This document shows, piece after piece, positions 18,247-28,369 of a stretch of 64,000 nucleotides of DNA. Positions within the stretch are counted from its first letter, which is position 1. Each line of letters begins with the position of its first letter. The translations under genes were made by a program, and so were the position numbers. The stretch covers positions 16,694 to 80,693 of the forward strand of contig DAOVZK010000005.1 of NCBI GenBank assembly GCA_030635145.1, read 5' to 3'. The stretch is from Planctomycetota bacterium (GTDB lineage Bacteria; Planctomycetota; Phycisphaerae; SM23-33). The notes beneath the pieces are model-generated. The model had not been told where the DNA came from. It made no database searches and was given only the letters and a program-made list of their open reading frames with translations.

Positions 18247-20103
18247 TTACTTTTTGGCGTCGGAATCTTTGGTGGTATTGTCGGGGGAATCCGTTTCATC
18301 CGAGGCGTTGTCGTCCGGTTTCGATATGGCGTTTAGTGTTTGATCGTCCGGTGTGATTTTGGTTACGGTTTTTGCGTTAACCACCGACGTTCTCGCCATC
18401 ATATCGCCCAGTCGCTGATTGTATCGCGTCAGGATCGGGAATATCAGCATGATGACACCAAGTATCCCATAGAATGCCTGCGGTGCCGGTGAGAGCATAG
18501 AAAGCTCTATAAATTTTGTAACATTCCGCAATACGACTTCGCGAAACTTGGGTGCTTTTCCTTCGTCAGCAAGCACCCGCAGCCCTACGATACGTTTCCC
18601 AACCGTCCAGCCTAATCGCCACTCCATGATTACGCAGTAGATGATGTATGCAGTTGTGGCAGCCATGCTGGCATATAATTGCCTGTCAGAGTATAAAATG
18701 TCGGGAAATTTTGCCTTTGACGCTATAGACTTTGGGTCGTTAATAATATTGCGTAGCAACTCAAATATTTCTTGGTGTACGGAAAAAATAAACCATGAGG
18801 CGACAACAAATGGTAAAGAATCGATCAAAAATGCGACCACTCTCAGCAGTAGATTCCCGGGTTTTACACCTTCGGGTAGCAGGAAGGGTTTGGGAGCCGT
18901 TCGAGGCCGAGGCCAGAGGATGGCGATACCAATGACGATCATGATCCCCCAGAGGTAGTACTGCGATATTTCCTCGAGTCTTTCCATATCAGGCAGGGCG
19001 GCGAGGCTGTCGGCGAGATTTTCCTGCTGCAGCACTTTTCCCTGCAAATTCGATTCCGCCAGAATTTCGCCCTCGCCGGTTTTCCACAACATTGCGAGGT
19101 TCTCGCCACTTTGCGCAAATTTCGGCAGATCGGTGTTGGCCCACGTCAAATTCTTACCGTCCTGCTGTATGGGCGATGGGGCCGGTATTGTATTTTGTTT
19201 CGTATCGTAGGAATGCACTCCCAGCTGCAAAACCTGCTTCGCCGGATCAGCCCCGGGTTCGTTTGCAGTAGGCCCGGCCGTCAGCAGAAGCAGTTTGTCG
19301 TTTATCCCAATTATTCCGCAGAATTTTCCGCTTGGGGGATAGGTCGGTAACGGCTTGCCGGTGGGTTTTGGGGTTACCTCGACCCACGTCGTAAGATTTT
19401 CCAGCCGCGAGAGTTTGATGTTCTGCTTTTCGCCGTTTTTGCTTTGCCAAACATCAAGACGGAAGACCGACGCCCCGGCCTGAGCGAGATGTATCTTCGG
19501 TGGATTTAGCAGGTGCTCGCTGGGGATCGGCTGAATCGAGACCAGCTGCCATTGCGTCCCAAAATTTCGATACAAGGCATATTGCGGGACAGAAGGGGCA
19601 GTTAGTTTTGTTGCCGCCGCCGTTGCAATTGCCGGCGTCTTGGGAACCACCGCGGATGCCTCGACAGGTTTATCCGTCTGAACCAGCATAAGCACGCCCG
19701 CACCCTTGCCACCAGCAAAGTCGGCTGTCTCGCAAGTCGCCAGAATTTTGCCGGGAGCGTTTTGACCTTGATTGGGCCCAGCAGATTCGACCTCGAAAAT
19801 CTGATAGACACCACTGCTGTAGATCAGGTGCAGTTTGTCACCGGCAGCCTGCATCAGCAGCGGTTGGCCTTGGATCGATTGGGCGGCCGAGGAAAATTTA
19901 TCACCGACCTTGCGTGCGTAAATGTCGAAACTGGCTTTTTTATCTCCTTCTGCCGGATTCGTTTTGGTTATCCAGAGCAGCGTCTTGCTTCCGCTGATAA
20001 GCTCGGAAGATTGCGATGCCCGGACATATCCTGCAAAAAGGGTAAGGGTTAACAAAACTGCTGCGATTGTTGTATATTTTTTATTCACTGTCAGTTGATC
20101 CAT
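18247..20103 (-). CDS. RDD-family membrane protein with a large N-terminal periplasmic domain
   Basis: Signal/TM at the N-terminus; a C-terminal polytopic region with an RDD-like motif (GKRIVGLRV ... RLGDMMARTSVV). Confidence 0.6.
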   Translation of the reverse strand: MDQLTVNKKYTTIAAVLLTLTLFAGYVRASQSSELISGSKTLLWITKTNPAEGDKKASFDIYARKVGDKFSSAAQSIQGQPLLMQAAGDKLHLIYSSGVYQIFEVESAGPNQGQNAPGKILATCETADFAGGKGAGVLMLVQTDKPVEASAVVPKTPAIATAAATKLTAPSVPQYALYRNFGTQWQLVSIQPIPSEHLLNPPKIHLAQAGASVFRLDVWQSKNGEKQNIKLSRLENLTTWVEVTPKPTGKPLPTYPPSGKFCGIIGINDKLLLLTAGPTANEPGADPAKQVLQLGVHSYDTKQNTIPAPSPIQQDGKNLTWANTDLPKFAQSGENLAMLWKTGEGEILAESNLQGKVLQQENLADSLAALPDMERLEEISQYYLWGIMIVIGIAILWPRPRTAPKPFLLPEGVKPGNLLLRVVAFLIDSLPFVVASWFIFSVHQEIFELLRNIINDPKSIASKAKFPDILYSDRQLYASMAATTAYIIYCVIMEWRLGWTVGKRIVGLRVLADEGKAPKFREVVLRNVTKFIELSMLSPAPQAFYGILGVIMLIFPILTRYNQRLGDMMARTSVVNAKTVTKITPDDQTLNAISKPDDNASDETDSPDNTTKDSDAKK

Positions 20104-21106
20104 TTTTTGGTTGGCCCCGACCCATTAGATGAGCGTCGAGGCATTTGATTTTCGTGATGTTGTTATTTTTCAGATGATAGCGAAGGCTGTACGCCAGCGG
20201 GATATCTTCGGAGTCAATTTTCGTATCCGTCGTTGTCATTTTGTAGAGTTTCAGGTCAAGCTCGGCGCCGTCCTTTTCGCCGTCTTTCCATTTCAGTCGT
20301 ATATCCGTGGGCATTACCGGGAGCAGCTTGCGAATTTCCGGGTCGTTGTCGGAATCGTTGCCGGTTGCGATCGGCTGATAGTTGCTGAGCTTCGCCGTCA
20401 GTACCACAACACCTCGATTGTCCAGCAGTTCCACCTTAAATGGACGCGGTGGCTGCGTTACCGACCATGTGCAATGGATTCTTCGCGTGAAAAGCAGCTT
20501 ACCGGAAACCGGCTGACGTTCAACATAGGTCAGCACGTAGGCAGGGGGGGCAAGGCTTATCGTTTGCCCGACAAACGGCACCTGCGAAAAAACGCTCGGC
20601 AGTTCGCAGACCGTCAGCACGCTTAGCAGTTGCACGGGATTGATGCGGATATTCTCGAGGCCCTCCGCCCCGGCCAACGCCAAATGCCCCCAAACACAGC
20701 TGGGATTGTCGTCAACCTTCATCCACATGTAGTAGGCGCTTTCGCGGGTGGAAATTCCGACTCGCCCGAGTTCCTCGCCGCTTTTTTTGAAGATCAACGC
20801 AAAATCATGCACGCCGGTAACACCGGGGGTTTTGTTCAACATCAAGATACCATCGGCCCCGAGGGGAAACCCGCCGGGCTTTTCGCGAAACGTGATATCC
20901 GCCCTCGCCCAGAGCTGGGGAATTTTGGCGGCGTTGCGATTATGCTCAGCTACGATTTTGTCGACTGAAACCAGCGTATCCAGCGAGGGATGACTCGGAG
21001 GGCATCCGATCAGCATCAGCGACCCCAGCAGCAACACCAGCAGTAACCCTGTTCGCAGCTGTGCGTTCGATATGTTAGATGCCTTTGGTACTTTTGAAAA
21101 AATCAT
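20081..21106 (-). CDS. Lipoprotein of unknown function
   Basis: Signal peptide ending in a lipobox (LMLIGC). No recognised domain. Confidence 0.5.
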   Translation of the reverse strand: MIFSKVPKASNISNAQLRTGLLLVLLLGSLMLIGCPPSHPSLDTLVSVDKIVAEHNRNAAKIPQLWARADITFREKPGGFPLGADGILMLNKTPGVTGVHDFALIFKKSGEELGRVGISTRESAYYMWMKVDDNPSCVWGHLALAGAEGLENIRINPVQLLSVLTVCELPSVFSQVPFVGQTISLAPPAYVLTYVERQPVSGKLLFTRRIHCTWSVTQPPRPFKVELLDNRGVVVLTAKLSNYQPIATGNDSDNDPEIRKLLPVMPTDIRLKWKDGEKDGAELDLKLYKMTTTDTKIDSEDIPLAYSLRYHLKNNNITKIKCLDAHLMGRGQPKNGSTDSE

Positions 21107-21747
21107 TCGAAATCGCCCTCCATAATTTCGCCCAGTGATGCACTGACTTCGGATATCTGCTCTTCGTCGAGTTTCGGATCGATAACCTTATAAAATCGTT
21201 CCGTTCCGCGCAGCCGCATCTTCCAAATATCGACACCATCTTCCGTCGTCATTCCTTCGTAGTTCAGCAGGCGTTTCCGCATGAGAATCAACGTCAGCAC
21301 ATAGCGAAATTTCAGCTTGCTGAGGTCTTCATGCCCTTCGAGTCGCTCGAAAAAATTCACCAGTAACGCGTTGTCGATCAGAAGTTTTTTCTTTTCTTCG
21401 GGATGCGGAATATGCGTCCGCCAGACTCCCAGGACATTCGGGTCGTCCTGCGGATTTTCAAATTTTTCAGCCGTACTCTCCGCCGGTGCGTTGTCTTGAG
21501 GACTTTTGTTTACGGTCTCGGTTGACGTGTCTTCTGCCGTATCAACCGCCTCATCGCCCTGTGCATCAGCGATGGGTTCGGCAGGTTCACAGTCACCACC
21601 CGCCCAGCACCCCAGGTGAAAGTCCTGACGCTGGAGTTCTTCTGCCCCTGCACGAACGAGCGCAAAAATCTCCTCGCCCGGTTCGAGGGGTTGCTCGCAT
21701 TTGCTGCAAACACCTTGCGTTTTTGCTATTTTGAAATCTTTAGCCAT
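21103..21747 (-). CDS. Hypothetical protein with an N-terminal zinc-finger motif and an acidic linker
   Basis: CSKCEQP...HLGC; its start overlaps the fchA-like stop. Confidence 0.45.
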   Translation of the reverse strand: MAKDFKIAKTQGVCSKCEQPLEPGEEIFALVRAGAEELQRQDFHLGCWAGGDCEPAEPIADAQGDEAVDTAEDTSTETVNKSPQDNAPAESTAEKFENPQDDPNVLGVWRTHIPHPEEKKKLLIDNALLVNFFERLEGHEDLSKLKFRYVLTLILMRKRLLNYEGMTTEDGVDIWKMRLRGTERFYKVIDPKLDEEQISEVSASLGEIMEGDFE

Positions 21748-22376
21748 TAGTCCAAGTGTTCCTTGACTGCTTCTTCGATTTCAAGTGCCAGCCCCGCCGC
21801 CGCGAGGCGGTCCTTCGTGCTGCCCTCGCGAATTTCATTTGCCACAGCTTTGTCCGAAAGGCTGCGTGCGTTGATGCGAACGTTCATGTCGCACAAAACC
21901 GTAGTCCCCGACGCCAGTGCTGCCCCGGCGACCAGATCGCTGACGAGAAATCGATTAGAGCAGGTCGTCAGGGTTTTGATGTCCTGCATGACGGCGAGGC
22001 AGAGTTTTGCCATTTCGCGGGGCACGTTTATCGCAGCTGCCAACGCCAATTCCAGAGCGGCGTCTTTTTCTGCACCGTCAGGCAATTGGGTAGCTTCACC
22101 GTACATCGAATACGCGGTGATGTCGTCGGCGACGAGGTCGAGAAACATTCCGCGTGCTTTTTCGAGGCGGGAAGAAATGCTGGCGTGCAGTTCGGCAAAT
22201 TCGGCGTACTTTTTCTTACCGATAGTAAAGTTAAGCGCCATTTCCCCAAGGCCCGTGGCCAATGCACCCACCAAACCAGCTACGCTCCCACCGCCAGGTG
22301 TTGGCTGCTTTGCCGCCGTGGCAGCAGTGAATTCCGTAACTGACAATTTCAACATCTGTTTGCTATCAACCATCAA
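21747..22376 (-). CDS. Methenyltetrahydrofolate cyclohydrolase-like protein (formiminotransferase-cyclodeaminase family, FchA-like)
   Basis: PTPGGGSVAG ... TIGKKKY ... ADDITAY are collinear with Methylobacterium FchA. Confidence 0.75.
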   Translation of the reverse strand: MMVDSKQMLKLSVTEFTAATAAKQPTPGGGSVAGLVGALATGLGEMALNFTIGKKKYAEFAELHASISSRLEKARGMFLDLVADDITAYSMYGEATQLPDGAEKDAALELALAAAINVPREMAKLCLAVMQDIKTLTTCSNRFLVSDLVAGAALASGTTVLCDMNVRINARSLSDKAVANEIREGSTKDRLAAAGLALEIEEAVKEHLD

Positions 22377-22574
22377 ACTCGCTCCTGTTAATTGAGTTGC
22401 ATCTTAAAGCGTTGAAAATACACAGAAACTCCCCGACAAGCCAGCAAAAAGTCGACGTTGCCCCAAGTGCAGTTCATCCTAAAAAACGAAATTAAATTGC
22501 AGTTTGGCAGGGAAAAAGTTACAAACCCTGTTGGAATTTTGTTTAACAAGGCTAATTGCACGGAAAAGATAGAT

Positions 22575-23444
22575 ATGGAAGTTCGCCCCCACATTTTGTC
22601 AAAAATTTCGATGGATACTTTCACGCTGCTGGGATACAGCGTCGGGGGCGAGGAGTCTGTGGTTGTTGCCCCGGAGTTGGATGTTTGTTTCGATATCGGG
22701 CGATGCCCGCATGCGGCGCTGACGGCGAACAATGTTTTGCTGACGCACGGGCATACCGATCACAGCGTCGGGCTGGTGTACTATTTCGCGCAACGCGATT
22801 TTCAGGGTATCGAGGGCGGAAAAGCAATCGTGCCGAAGCGGTTAGTCGATCCGCTGGAAAATCTGATTCGTGCGTGGGGGCGTGTGGACGGGCAGATACC
22901 CCCGTATCATCTGATTCCGGTTACCGACGGTGACGACTACGAAATTCGTCGCGGACTAATCGCACGCTGTTTCGCCACGAAGCATGTCCCCGGAAGCCTC
23001 GGGTTTTCGGTTATCGATGTCCGCCACAAACTTAAATCGGAGTTCACCGAACTGACCGGCCCCGAGCTTGTCGAGCAGAAGAAAAAGGGCGTGGAAATCA
23101 CAAACCGCATCGAAGTACCGCTGGTTGCGTATCTGGGCGATACTGCTGCGGATAATTACTCCGACTTGCCCTGCGTTCGCGATGCCAAGGCGTTGCTGGT
23201 TGAGTGTACGTTTTACGAGAAGGATCATCTCGACCGTGCCAGGGCGGGGCGGCATGTGCATATCAAGGATTTGCCCAAAATTCTCGAGGGCATGAACAAC
23301 GAGCGGATTATCATCACGCACGTTACGCGGCGGACGCATATCGGGGCAGCTGCCAAGATGGTTCGCAAAATTCTGCCCGCCGAATTGCAGGAAAAAACCT
23401 GCTTCCTCATGAGCCGCGAATTTGCCCCCAAAAACGACGAGTGA
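22575..23444 (+). CDS. MBL-fold metallo-hydrolase, RNase Z/RNase BN-like
   Basis: HGHTDHSVG metallo-beta-lactamase motif with the following beta-CASP-less architecture. Confidence 0.65.
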   Translation: MEVRPHILSKISMDTFTLLGYSVGGEESVVVAPELDVCFDIGRCPHAALTANNVLLTHGHTDHSVGLVYYFAQRDFQGIEGGKAIVPKRLVDPLENLIRAWGRVDGQIPPYHLIPVTDGDDYEIRRGLIARCFATKHVPGSLGFSVIDVRHKLKSEFTELTGPELVEQKKKGVEITNRIEVPLVAYLGDTAADNYSDLPCVRDAKALLVECTFYEKDHLDRARAGRHVHIKDLPKILEGMNNERIIITHVTRRTHIGAAAKMVRKILPAELQEKTCFLMSREFAPKNDE

Positions 23445-23447
23445 TTC

Positions 23448-23610
23448 TAGAAGCTATCCCCAAACATGGACTCAGCCGAAATCGAGCGTTTTTTCGAGAC
23501 GCAAGGAAGAAAAACGGTTGCATATTTGTAGATATTCTAGCGTTTTTCTGACGCAGCAGCTCGGAAAACAAGCCGATTGTAGGCCAGTCAAGGTTTTGGG
23601 ATAGCTTCTA
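23448..23610. repeat. 18-bp inverted repeats (tagaagctatccccaaac / gttttgggatagcttcta) flanking a 127-bp spacer between two convergent stop codons
   Basis: The arms at 23448-23465 and 23593-23610 abut the RNase Z-like stop and the DJ-1 stop. Confidence 0.45.
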
Positions 23611-23611
23611 A

Positions 23612-24130
23612 TTACGCCAGCCCCTCGATGATCGCTTTGCAAAAGGCAGGGAGGTCGTCGGGTTGGCGGGCGGTGATGAGCTTCCCGTCGACGACGCATT
23701 GTTCGTCAACCCATGTTGCTCCGGCGTTGATTATGTCGTGCTTGATGGCGACGAAACTTGTGGCACGTTTTCCGCGTAGGGCGTCGGTGCAGCAGAGCAT
23801 CCAGCCACCGTGGCAGATGGCGGCGAGTACGATGTCGGCTGAGACGCATTGCTGCATGAAGCGAATCATTCGCTCGTCGCGCCGCATAAAGTCGGGACAC
23901 CATCCACCGGGGATGACAACGGCGTCGAAATCTTCTCCGCTGACGGTGTCGACGGAGTTTGTTGAAACGCACGGGTAACCCAATTTGGACATGTAGGTTT
24001 TACCGGCCTGCGGTGCGATGAATTCCACATGCCCCCCGGCCTCAAGAAAACGATAGTACGGGTACCAGACTTCCAACTCCTGATATTGCTCGTCCAACAT
24101 GATTGCGATTTTCTTACCGGTGATATCCAT
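23612..24130 (-). CDS. DJ-1/PfpI-family protein (class I glutamine amidotransferase-like)
   Basis: AICHGGW nucleophile elbow; 172 aa. Confidence 0.8.
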   Translation of the reverse strand: MDITGKKIAIMLDEQYQELEVWYPYYRFLEAGGHVEFIAPQAGKTYMSKLGYPCVSTNSVDTVSGEDFDAVVIPGGWCPDFMRRDERMIRFMQQCVSADIVLAAICHGGWMLCCTDALRGKRATSFVAIKHDIINAGATWVDEQCVVDGKLITARQPDDLPAFCKAIIEGLA

Positions 24131-24223
24131 CAGGTTCTCCCAAGTTTTGCGGAACCGCCGGCGGCGGCAAAATTACCGTACGTGTACCTTCTGCCTTTAC
24201 CGCCACCCCGGTTGCCTAAAAAA

Positions 24224-24296
<73 letters not shown>

Positions 24297-24413
24297 AGAA
24301 TACTCATTTAATTGTAACGCGAAACAATCGTCGCGATGTTGCTGTCCGAGAAGTATAGCGAAAACTTTCCGCATGAAAAGTGTTAATCGCCTCAGCTGTA
24401 AAAATACTCGCGG

Positions 24414-24860
24414 TTACTTCTCGTCGTGGAGTTCCGTAAGTGCCTCCAACGCCGAGATCGGATCCTCAATCGAAGACCCACCAGATTTGTCCGTCGGGAT
24501 GAGTTCTTCGTTGCCCTCGATGACGGGGCTGGAGGCGAAGGCCTCGCTGGCGGTGATGTCGGCGGGTTGTCCGTCGATTTGAACCGTCAATACGATCGGG
24601 CCGATTGTGATGCGGTCACCGGCGTGAAGCTCCGACTCGCTGACCTGGATGTTGTTGACAAACGTGCCGTTCGAGGAACCATTGTCGACGATTTTCAGGG
24701 CGTTGGAGTCTTTAACAATGTTGCAATGCTCGCGAGAACAGCTTTCGACGGGAATTCGGATATCGCAGCTGTTACCTCTACCGACGGTCATGACCGCTTT
24801 TTTCATCTCGATAGTTTTTTTGTGCCCGTTTGCGTTGAAAAATACCAGATTCACTTCCAT
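24414..24860 (-). CDS. FHA-domain protein
   Basis: TVGRGNSCDIRI ... SREHCNI ... DNGSSNGTFVN FHA signature. Confidence 0.75.
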   Translation of the reverse strand: MEVNLVFFNANGHKKTIEMKKAVMTVGRGNSCDIRIPVESCSREHCNIVKDSNALKIVDNGSSNGTFVNNIQVSESELHAGDRITIGPIVLTVQIDGQPADITASEAFASSPVIEGNEELIPTDKSGGSSIEDPISALEALTELHDEK

Positions 24861-24999
24861 AAGATAATTCCTGTATGTTCAGTTTTTGTGACAGTTTTTC
24901 AAGGACCCATGCTCCGCAACGAACGCAAAAAACTTTGCGTTGCGACCTGTCGGCCGAATTATCAGACGCAAAGAGTTGATTCTGCGGGGCGTTAACGCT

Positions 25000-26187
25000 A
25001 TGTATTCTAATATGCTAGAACATTTCTGCAAGCAAAATCATTCGCAAGTTTCCCGCAGCGTCGGAGCGTTATACGTTCACGTGCCGTTTTGCGTGCGCAA
25101 ATGTCGATATTGCGATTTTTATTCGCAGACCGACGGCCAGGCTGCAAAGCAGCGATACGTGGCCGCTGCCATCGGCGAGCTGAAACTTAAAGGCGACGTT
25201 CTGGCAGCCCCGGCGGCGAGCATTTTTGTCGGTGGGGGGACCCCGACATCACTGGAACCTGATCTGCTGGACGAACTTTTGGCCCAGCTGCACCGCTACG
25301 CCGATGGAGAGACAGAGTTTACCGTCGAGGCCAACCCCGGAACAATCGACACCGCGACCGCCGACGTGCTGGTGCGAAATGGGGTTAATCGTGTTTCGCT
25401 GGGCGTGCAGAGTTTTGATGCGAAGTTGCTGGATGTGCTGGGGCGGATTCATACTCCGCAGCAAACGCACGAGGCGTTGCGGATTTTGCGTGGCGCGGGG
25501 GTTGGCAATATTTCGCTCGATCTGATTTACGGCATCCCGGGGCAGAGCCTGGAGATGTGGTCGCGTGACCTCGACGAAGCCCTCGCAGCCGACACCGAAC
25601 ATCTCAGTGCCTACGCCCTGAGTTTCGAGGAAAACACCCCGCTGTGGGATGATCTCGAGGCCGACCGTGTCTCGCCCGTAAATGACGAGCTTCAGCGGGC
25701 GATGTACTATCATCTGATCGAGACCACCGCCAGCAGGGGGCTTGAGCAGTATGAGATTTCCAATTTCGCAAGGGCGGGGAGACGGTGCAAGCATAATATC
25801 ACGTACTGGTTAAACAAGGGATATCTCGGGGTCGGCCCGGCCGCGGCTAGCTACATAGGCGGGCGGCGCAGCGTCAATGCCCCCGACTTGCAGGATTATC
25901 TCGAGCGAATCGAAGCAGGAACGCCGCCGCAAGCCGAGTGCGAGCAATTGGTCGGCCGATCTGAAATGGGCGAAACCCTGATGCTGCAGCTGCGTTTAAC
26001 TGAAGGTGTAAAGATTGCTTCGTTCACCAAGCGTTTTGCGGTTAGTCCCACGGAGGCCTTCCCGCGAAGCATCGGCCGATATTTGCAGTCGGGAGCGTTG
26101 GTGGAAACAAAAACGCATATTCGTTTGAGCAGGGAGCATTTTTTTACCGCTGATACGGTATTGGCGGATATATTGGCGGAAGTCTGA
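25000..26187 (+). CDS. hemW: Radical SAM heme chaperone HemW (coproporphyrinogen III oxidase-like)
   Basis: HVPFCVRKCRYCDF radical-SAM CxxxCxxC motif with a HemN-like C-terminal domain. Confidence 0.85.
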   Translation: MYSNMLEHFCKQNHSQVSRSVGALYVHVPFCVRKCRYCDFYSQTDGQAAKQRYVAAAIGELKLKGDVLAAPAASIFVGGGTPTSLEPDLLDELLAQLHRYADGETEFTVEANPGTIDTATADVLVRNGVNRVSLGVQSFDAKLLDVLGRIHTPQQTHEALRILRGAGVGNISLDLIYGIPGQSLEMWSRDLDEALAADTEHLSAYALSFEENTPLWDDLEADRVSPVNDELQRAMYYHLIETTASRGLEQYEISNFARAGRRCKHNITYWLNKGYLGVGPAAASYIGGRRSVNAPDLQDYLERIEAGTPPQAECEQLVGRSEMGETLMLQLRLTEGVKIASFTKRFAVSPTEAFPRSIGRYLQSGALVETKTHIRLSREHFFTADTVLADILAEV

Positions 26188-26212
26188 TTTATTGTAACCA
26201 TTTACGCAAAAA

Positions 26213-26377
26213 TTTAGACAGGATCACAGGATAGAATATAGGCCTAAAAAATCCTGTTAATCAGGATTAATTTTCATAGCAACTTGTATTCGTTGCGATG
26301 GTGTTTGCAATTAAGAGAGCTTATATTCTGCTTTTCTTTTTAATAATTCGTGGCTAATCCTGTAATCCTGTCAAAAG
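26213..26377. repeat. Cluster of 'ATCCTGT'/'ACAGGAT' motifs (MITE-like element or operator array), copy 2
   Basis: tttagacaggatcacaggatag (26213-26234), the palindrome atcctgTTAATcaggat (26251-26267), and ctaatcctgtaatcctgtcaaaag (26354-26377). Shares motifs and internal sequence with 1174-1407. Confidence 0.4.
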
Positions 26378-26567
26378 AGGACTTTTTAATAAAAATTGGA
26401 TTTACAAGATAAAAAGCGGGAACGGTTACAATCTGTTGAGCCGCCGCCGAAAAAAAATACTGATTATGGCTAAAAGAACCGATACAAAACTAGAGCATCT
26501 CAATTTTTCAATGCTCTAGAAGTCGTTACAAAACCTTAGACTTGACTTATCTTCATGGGAGATTAAT

Positions 26568-27782
26568 ATGCAAAAAATGCAAAAAATGCGGAAATTACAA
26601 TTCATTCTGGCGGTGTCTGTTCTTTGTGGCGGGGTTTTATTTTTACCTGAGGCTTTCGGGCAAAAGAAAGCGGCCCCAAAAAAGGCAGCAAAGGTAGAGA
26701 AGGCAGAAAACGTTCCCAAGGATGTGTTCAAAGAGATCAAAGCTCAATTTCCGCCCCGAAACATGGATCCTGTCGCACAAAAGCGAATTCTACCTGCAAG
26801 GATGCAAAAAGTTCTGGAGCTGGGGAAGGATGCGGAAACGAAATATCCCAAGGCAGAGAATCTGTATCAGGTTCAGACGATTATGCTGCACGCGGCTGGG
26901 TATCTTGCGAGGCAAAAGAATGGCAAAGTAACCGAAAAGCAATATCAGGAAATTGCCGATAAAATTCTTACCTCAAATGCGCCCGTTGAAGATAAAGTGA
27001 ATACCGAGTTTATTGTTTTGTCCCGTGAGGTGCTTGCGAACAAAATGCCTGAGCAGCAGATGGGTAAAAAGCTCGAGGGACTGGTCAAAAAGTACGAAAA
27101 AACTCCAGTAGCTCCCAAGGTGCTCATCAACGCCGTGGTTCTTTCATATCAGACAAAAAATCAAGAATTGGCCGACAAATATCTGGATATCCTTAAGAAA
27201 AAATACCCCGACAATCCGGATACGAAAGAATTAATTGCGGCGATTGATCGTATGCCCAAAGCCGGTGGTAAAACAAGTGGGAAAATCTTTGAGGCCAAAC
27301 TCAAGACCTTAGACGGAAAAACGATTACTATGCCGAAAGATACTAAGGGCAAAATAGTCGTGGTCGATTTCTGGGCCTCCTGGTGTGGGCCTTGCCGCAG
27401 GTTAATTCCCCATCTAATAAAGTTTCACGACAAGTACGCCAAAAATGCGGATGTCATGATTATCGGGATCAGCCTCGATAAGGATGAAGCGGCTATGAAA
27501 AAATATATTAAGGACGCCAAAATTCCATGGGCAATCACCTATACGGGTAAGGGCTGGGGCGATCCGACAGTTAAAAAGTATGGGATTGACGGCATTCCGT
27601 CGGTGTGGATTATCGGGAAAGATGGAAAAGTTGTCTCGACTGATGCTGCGGGCAACGAAGATAAAATTGTTGCCAAGTTACTCGCGGAAAAACCTACGAC
27701 CCCACCGGATAAAGCCGGTAAACCAGGCAAGTCCGCGTCTGCAAAAACTCCGAATAAACCAGCAGCCGATAAGGATAAATAG
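26568..27782 (+). CDS. TlpA-like thiol:disulfide oxidoreductase (thioredoxin fold, WCGPC) with a long Lys-rich N-terminal extension; secreted
   Basis: Signal peptide; FWASWCGPCR active site and a C-terminal Lys/Pro-rich tail. GGGAGA RBS. AT-richer codon usage than the rest of the window. Confidence 0.8.
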   Translation: MQKMQKMRKLQFILAVSVLCGGVLFLPEAFGQKKAAPKKAAKVEKAENVPKDVFKEIKAQFPPRNMDPVAQKRILPARMQKVLELGKDAETKYPKAENLYQVQTIMLHAAGYLARQKNGKVTEKQYQEIADKILTSNAPVEDKVNTEFIVLSREVLANKMPEQQMGKKLEGLVKKYEKTPVAPKVLINAVVLSYQTKNQELADKYLDILKKKYPDNPDTKELIAAIDRMPKAGGKTSGKIFEAKLKTLDGKTITMPKDTKGKIVVVDFWASWCGPCRRLIPHLIKFHDKYAKNADVMIIGISLDKDEAAMKKYIKDAKIPWAITYTGKGWGDPTVKKYGIDGIPSVWIIGKDGKVVSTDAAGNEDKIVAKLLAEKPTTPPDKAGKPGKSASAKTPNKPAADKDK

Positions 27783-27811
27783 GCCTGCTCGAATTTGGAA
27801 AGGTGACCCTA

Positions 27812-28318
27812 ATGCGAATGCAAAAAATCTTGACGTTGTCGTTGATGCTGCTTCTTGTCGCTGTGATTTGCGCTGCGGGTGGGTGTAAAAAACAATCGAA
27901 GTATGCCGGGCAGGATTTTTCCGCTGATTTGACGACCCTTGATGGTAAAACGTTTAGCATTCCGCAAGATACTAAGGGCAAGGTCGTGGTCGTTGACTTT
28001 TGGGCCGCATGGTGCCCGCCTTGCCGCAAGCTGGTTCCTCATATGAAGCAGATTCACGAAAAATATAAGGACAAGGACGTCGTTATTGTCGGAATCAGCC
28101 TTGATGCCGACAAGGCGAAGCTACAAAAATTTATCGCCGACGAAAAAATGAACTGGGTGCAAACCTGCTCCTGGAAAAAATGGGAAGATCCGACTGTCCA
28201 AAAGTATGGGATTGATGGAATTCCCGCGGTGTGGGTTATCGGCAAGGACGGAAAAGTTGTTTCCACCGACGCTGCCGACGCCACCAGTGAAATTATAGAC
28301 AAGGCCCTGAAACAATAA
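27812..28318 (+). CDS. TlpA-like thioredoxin lipoprotein (WCPPC), paralog of the C-terminal half of the upstream gene
   Basis: Lipobox AAGGC; FWAAWCPPCRKL. The domain is collinear with 26568-27782 (LDGKT..PKDTKGK.VVVDFWA.WC.PCR ... YGIDGIP.VW.IGKDGKVVSTDAA). Confidence 0.8.
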   Translation: MRMQKILTLSLMLLLVAVICAAGGCKKQSKYAGQDFSADLTTLDGKTFSIPQDTKGKVVVVDFWAAWCPPCRKLVPHMKQIHEKYKDKDVVIVGISLDADKAKLQKFIADEKMNWVQTCSWKKWEDPTVQKYGIDGIPAVWVIGKDGKVVSTDAADATSEIIDKALKQ

Positions 28319-28369
28319 AGCCCGGCGATTGAGACGGGAAATAGATTTCGGCCGAAAGGATTTGTGAGA

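Noticed and set aside
18100-18343. ORFs 18100..18336 and 18122..18343 ('...RYARNDTREQ...')
   Set aside because: They are translations of the TGTCATTGCGAG palindromic repeat, a known source of bogus hypothetical proteins.
24426-24995. 189-aa plus-strand ORF
   Set aside because: Antisense to the FHA-domain gene; it also overlaps the hemW leader.
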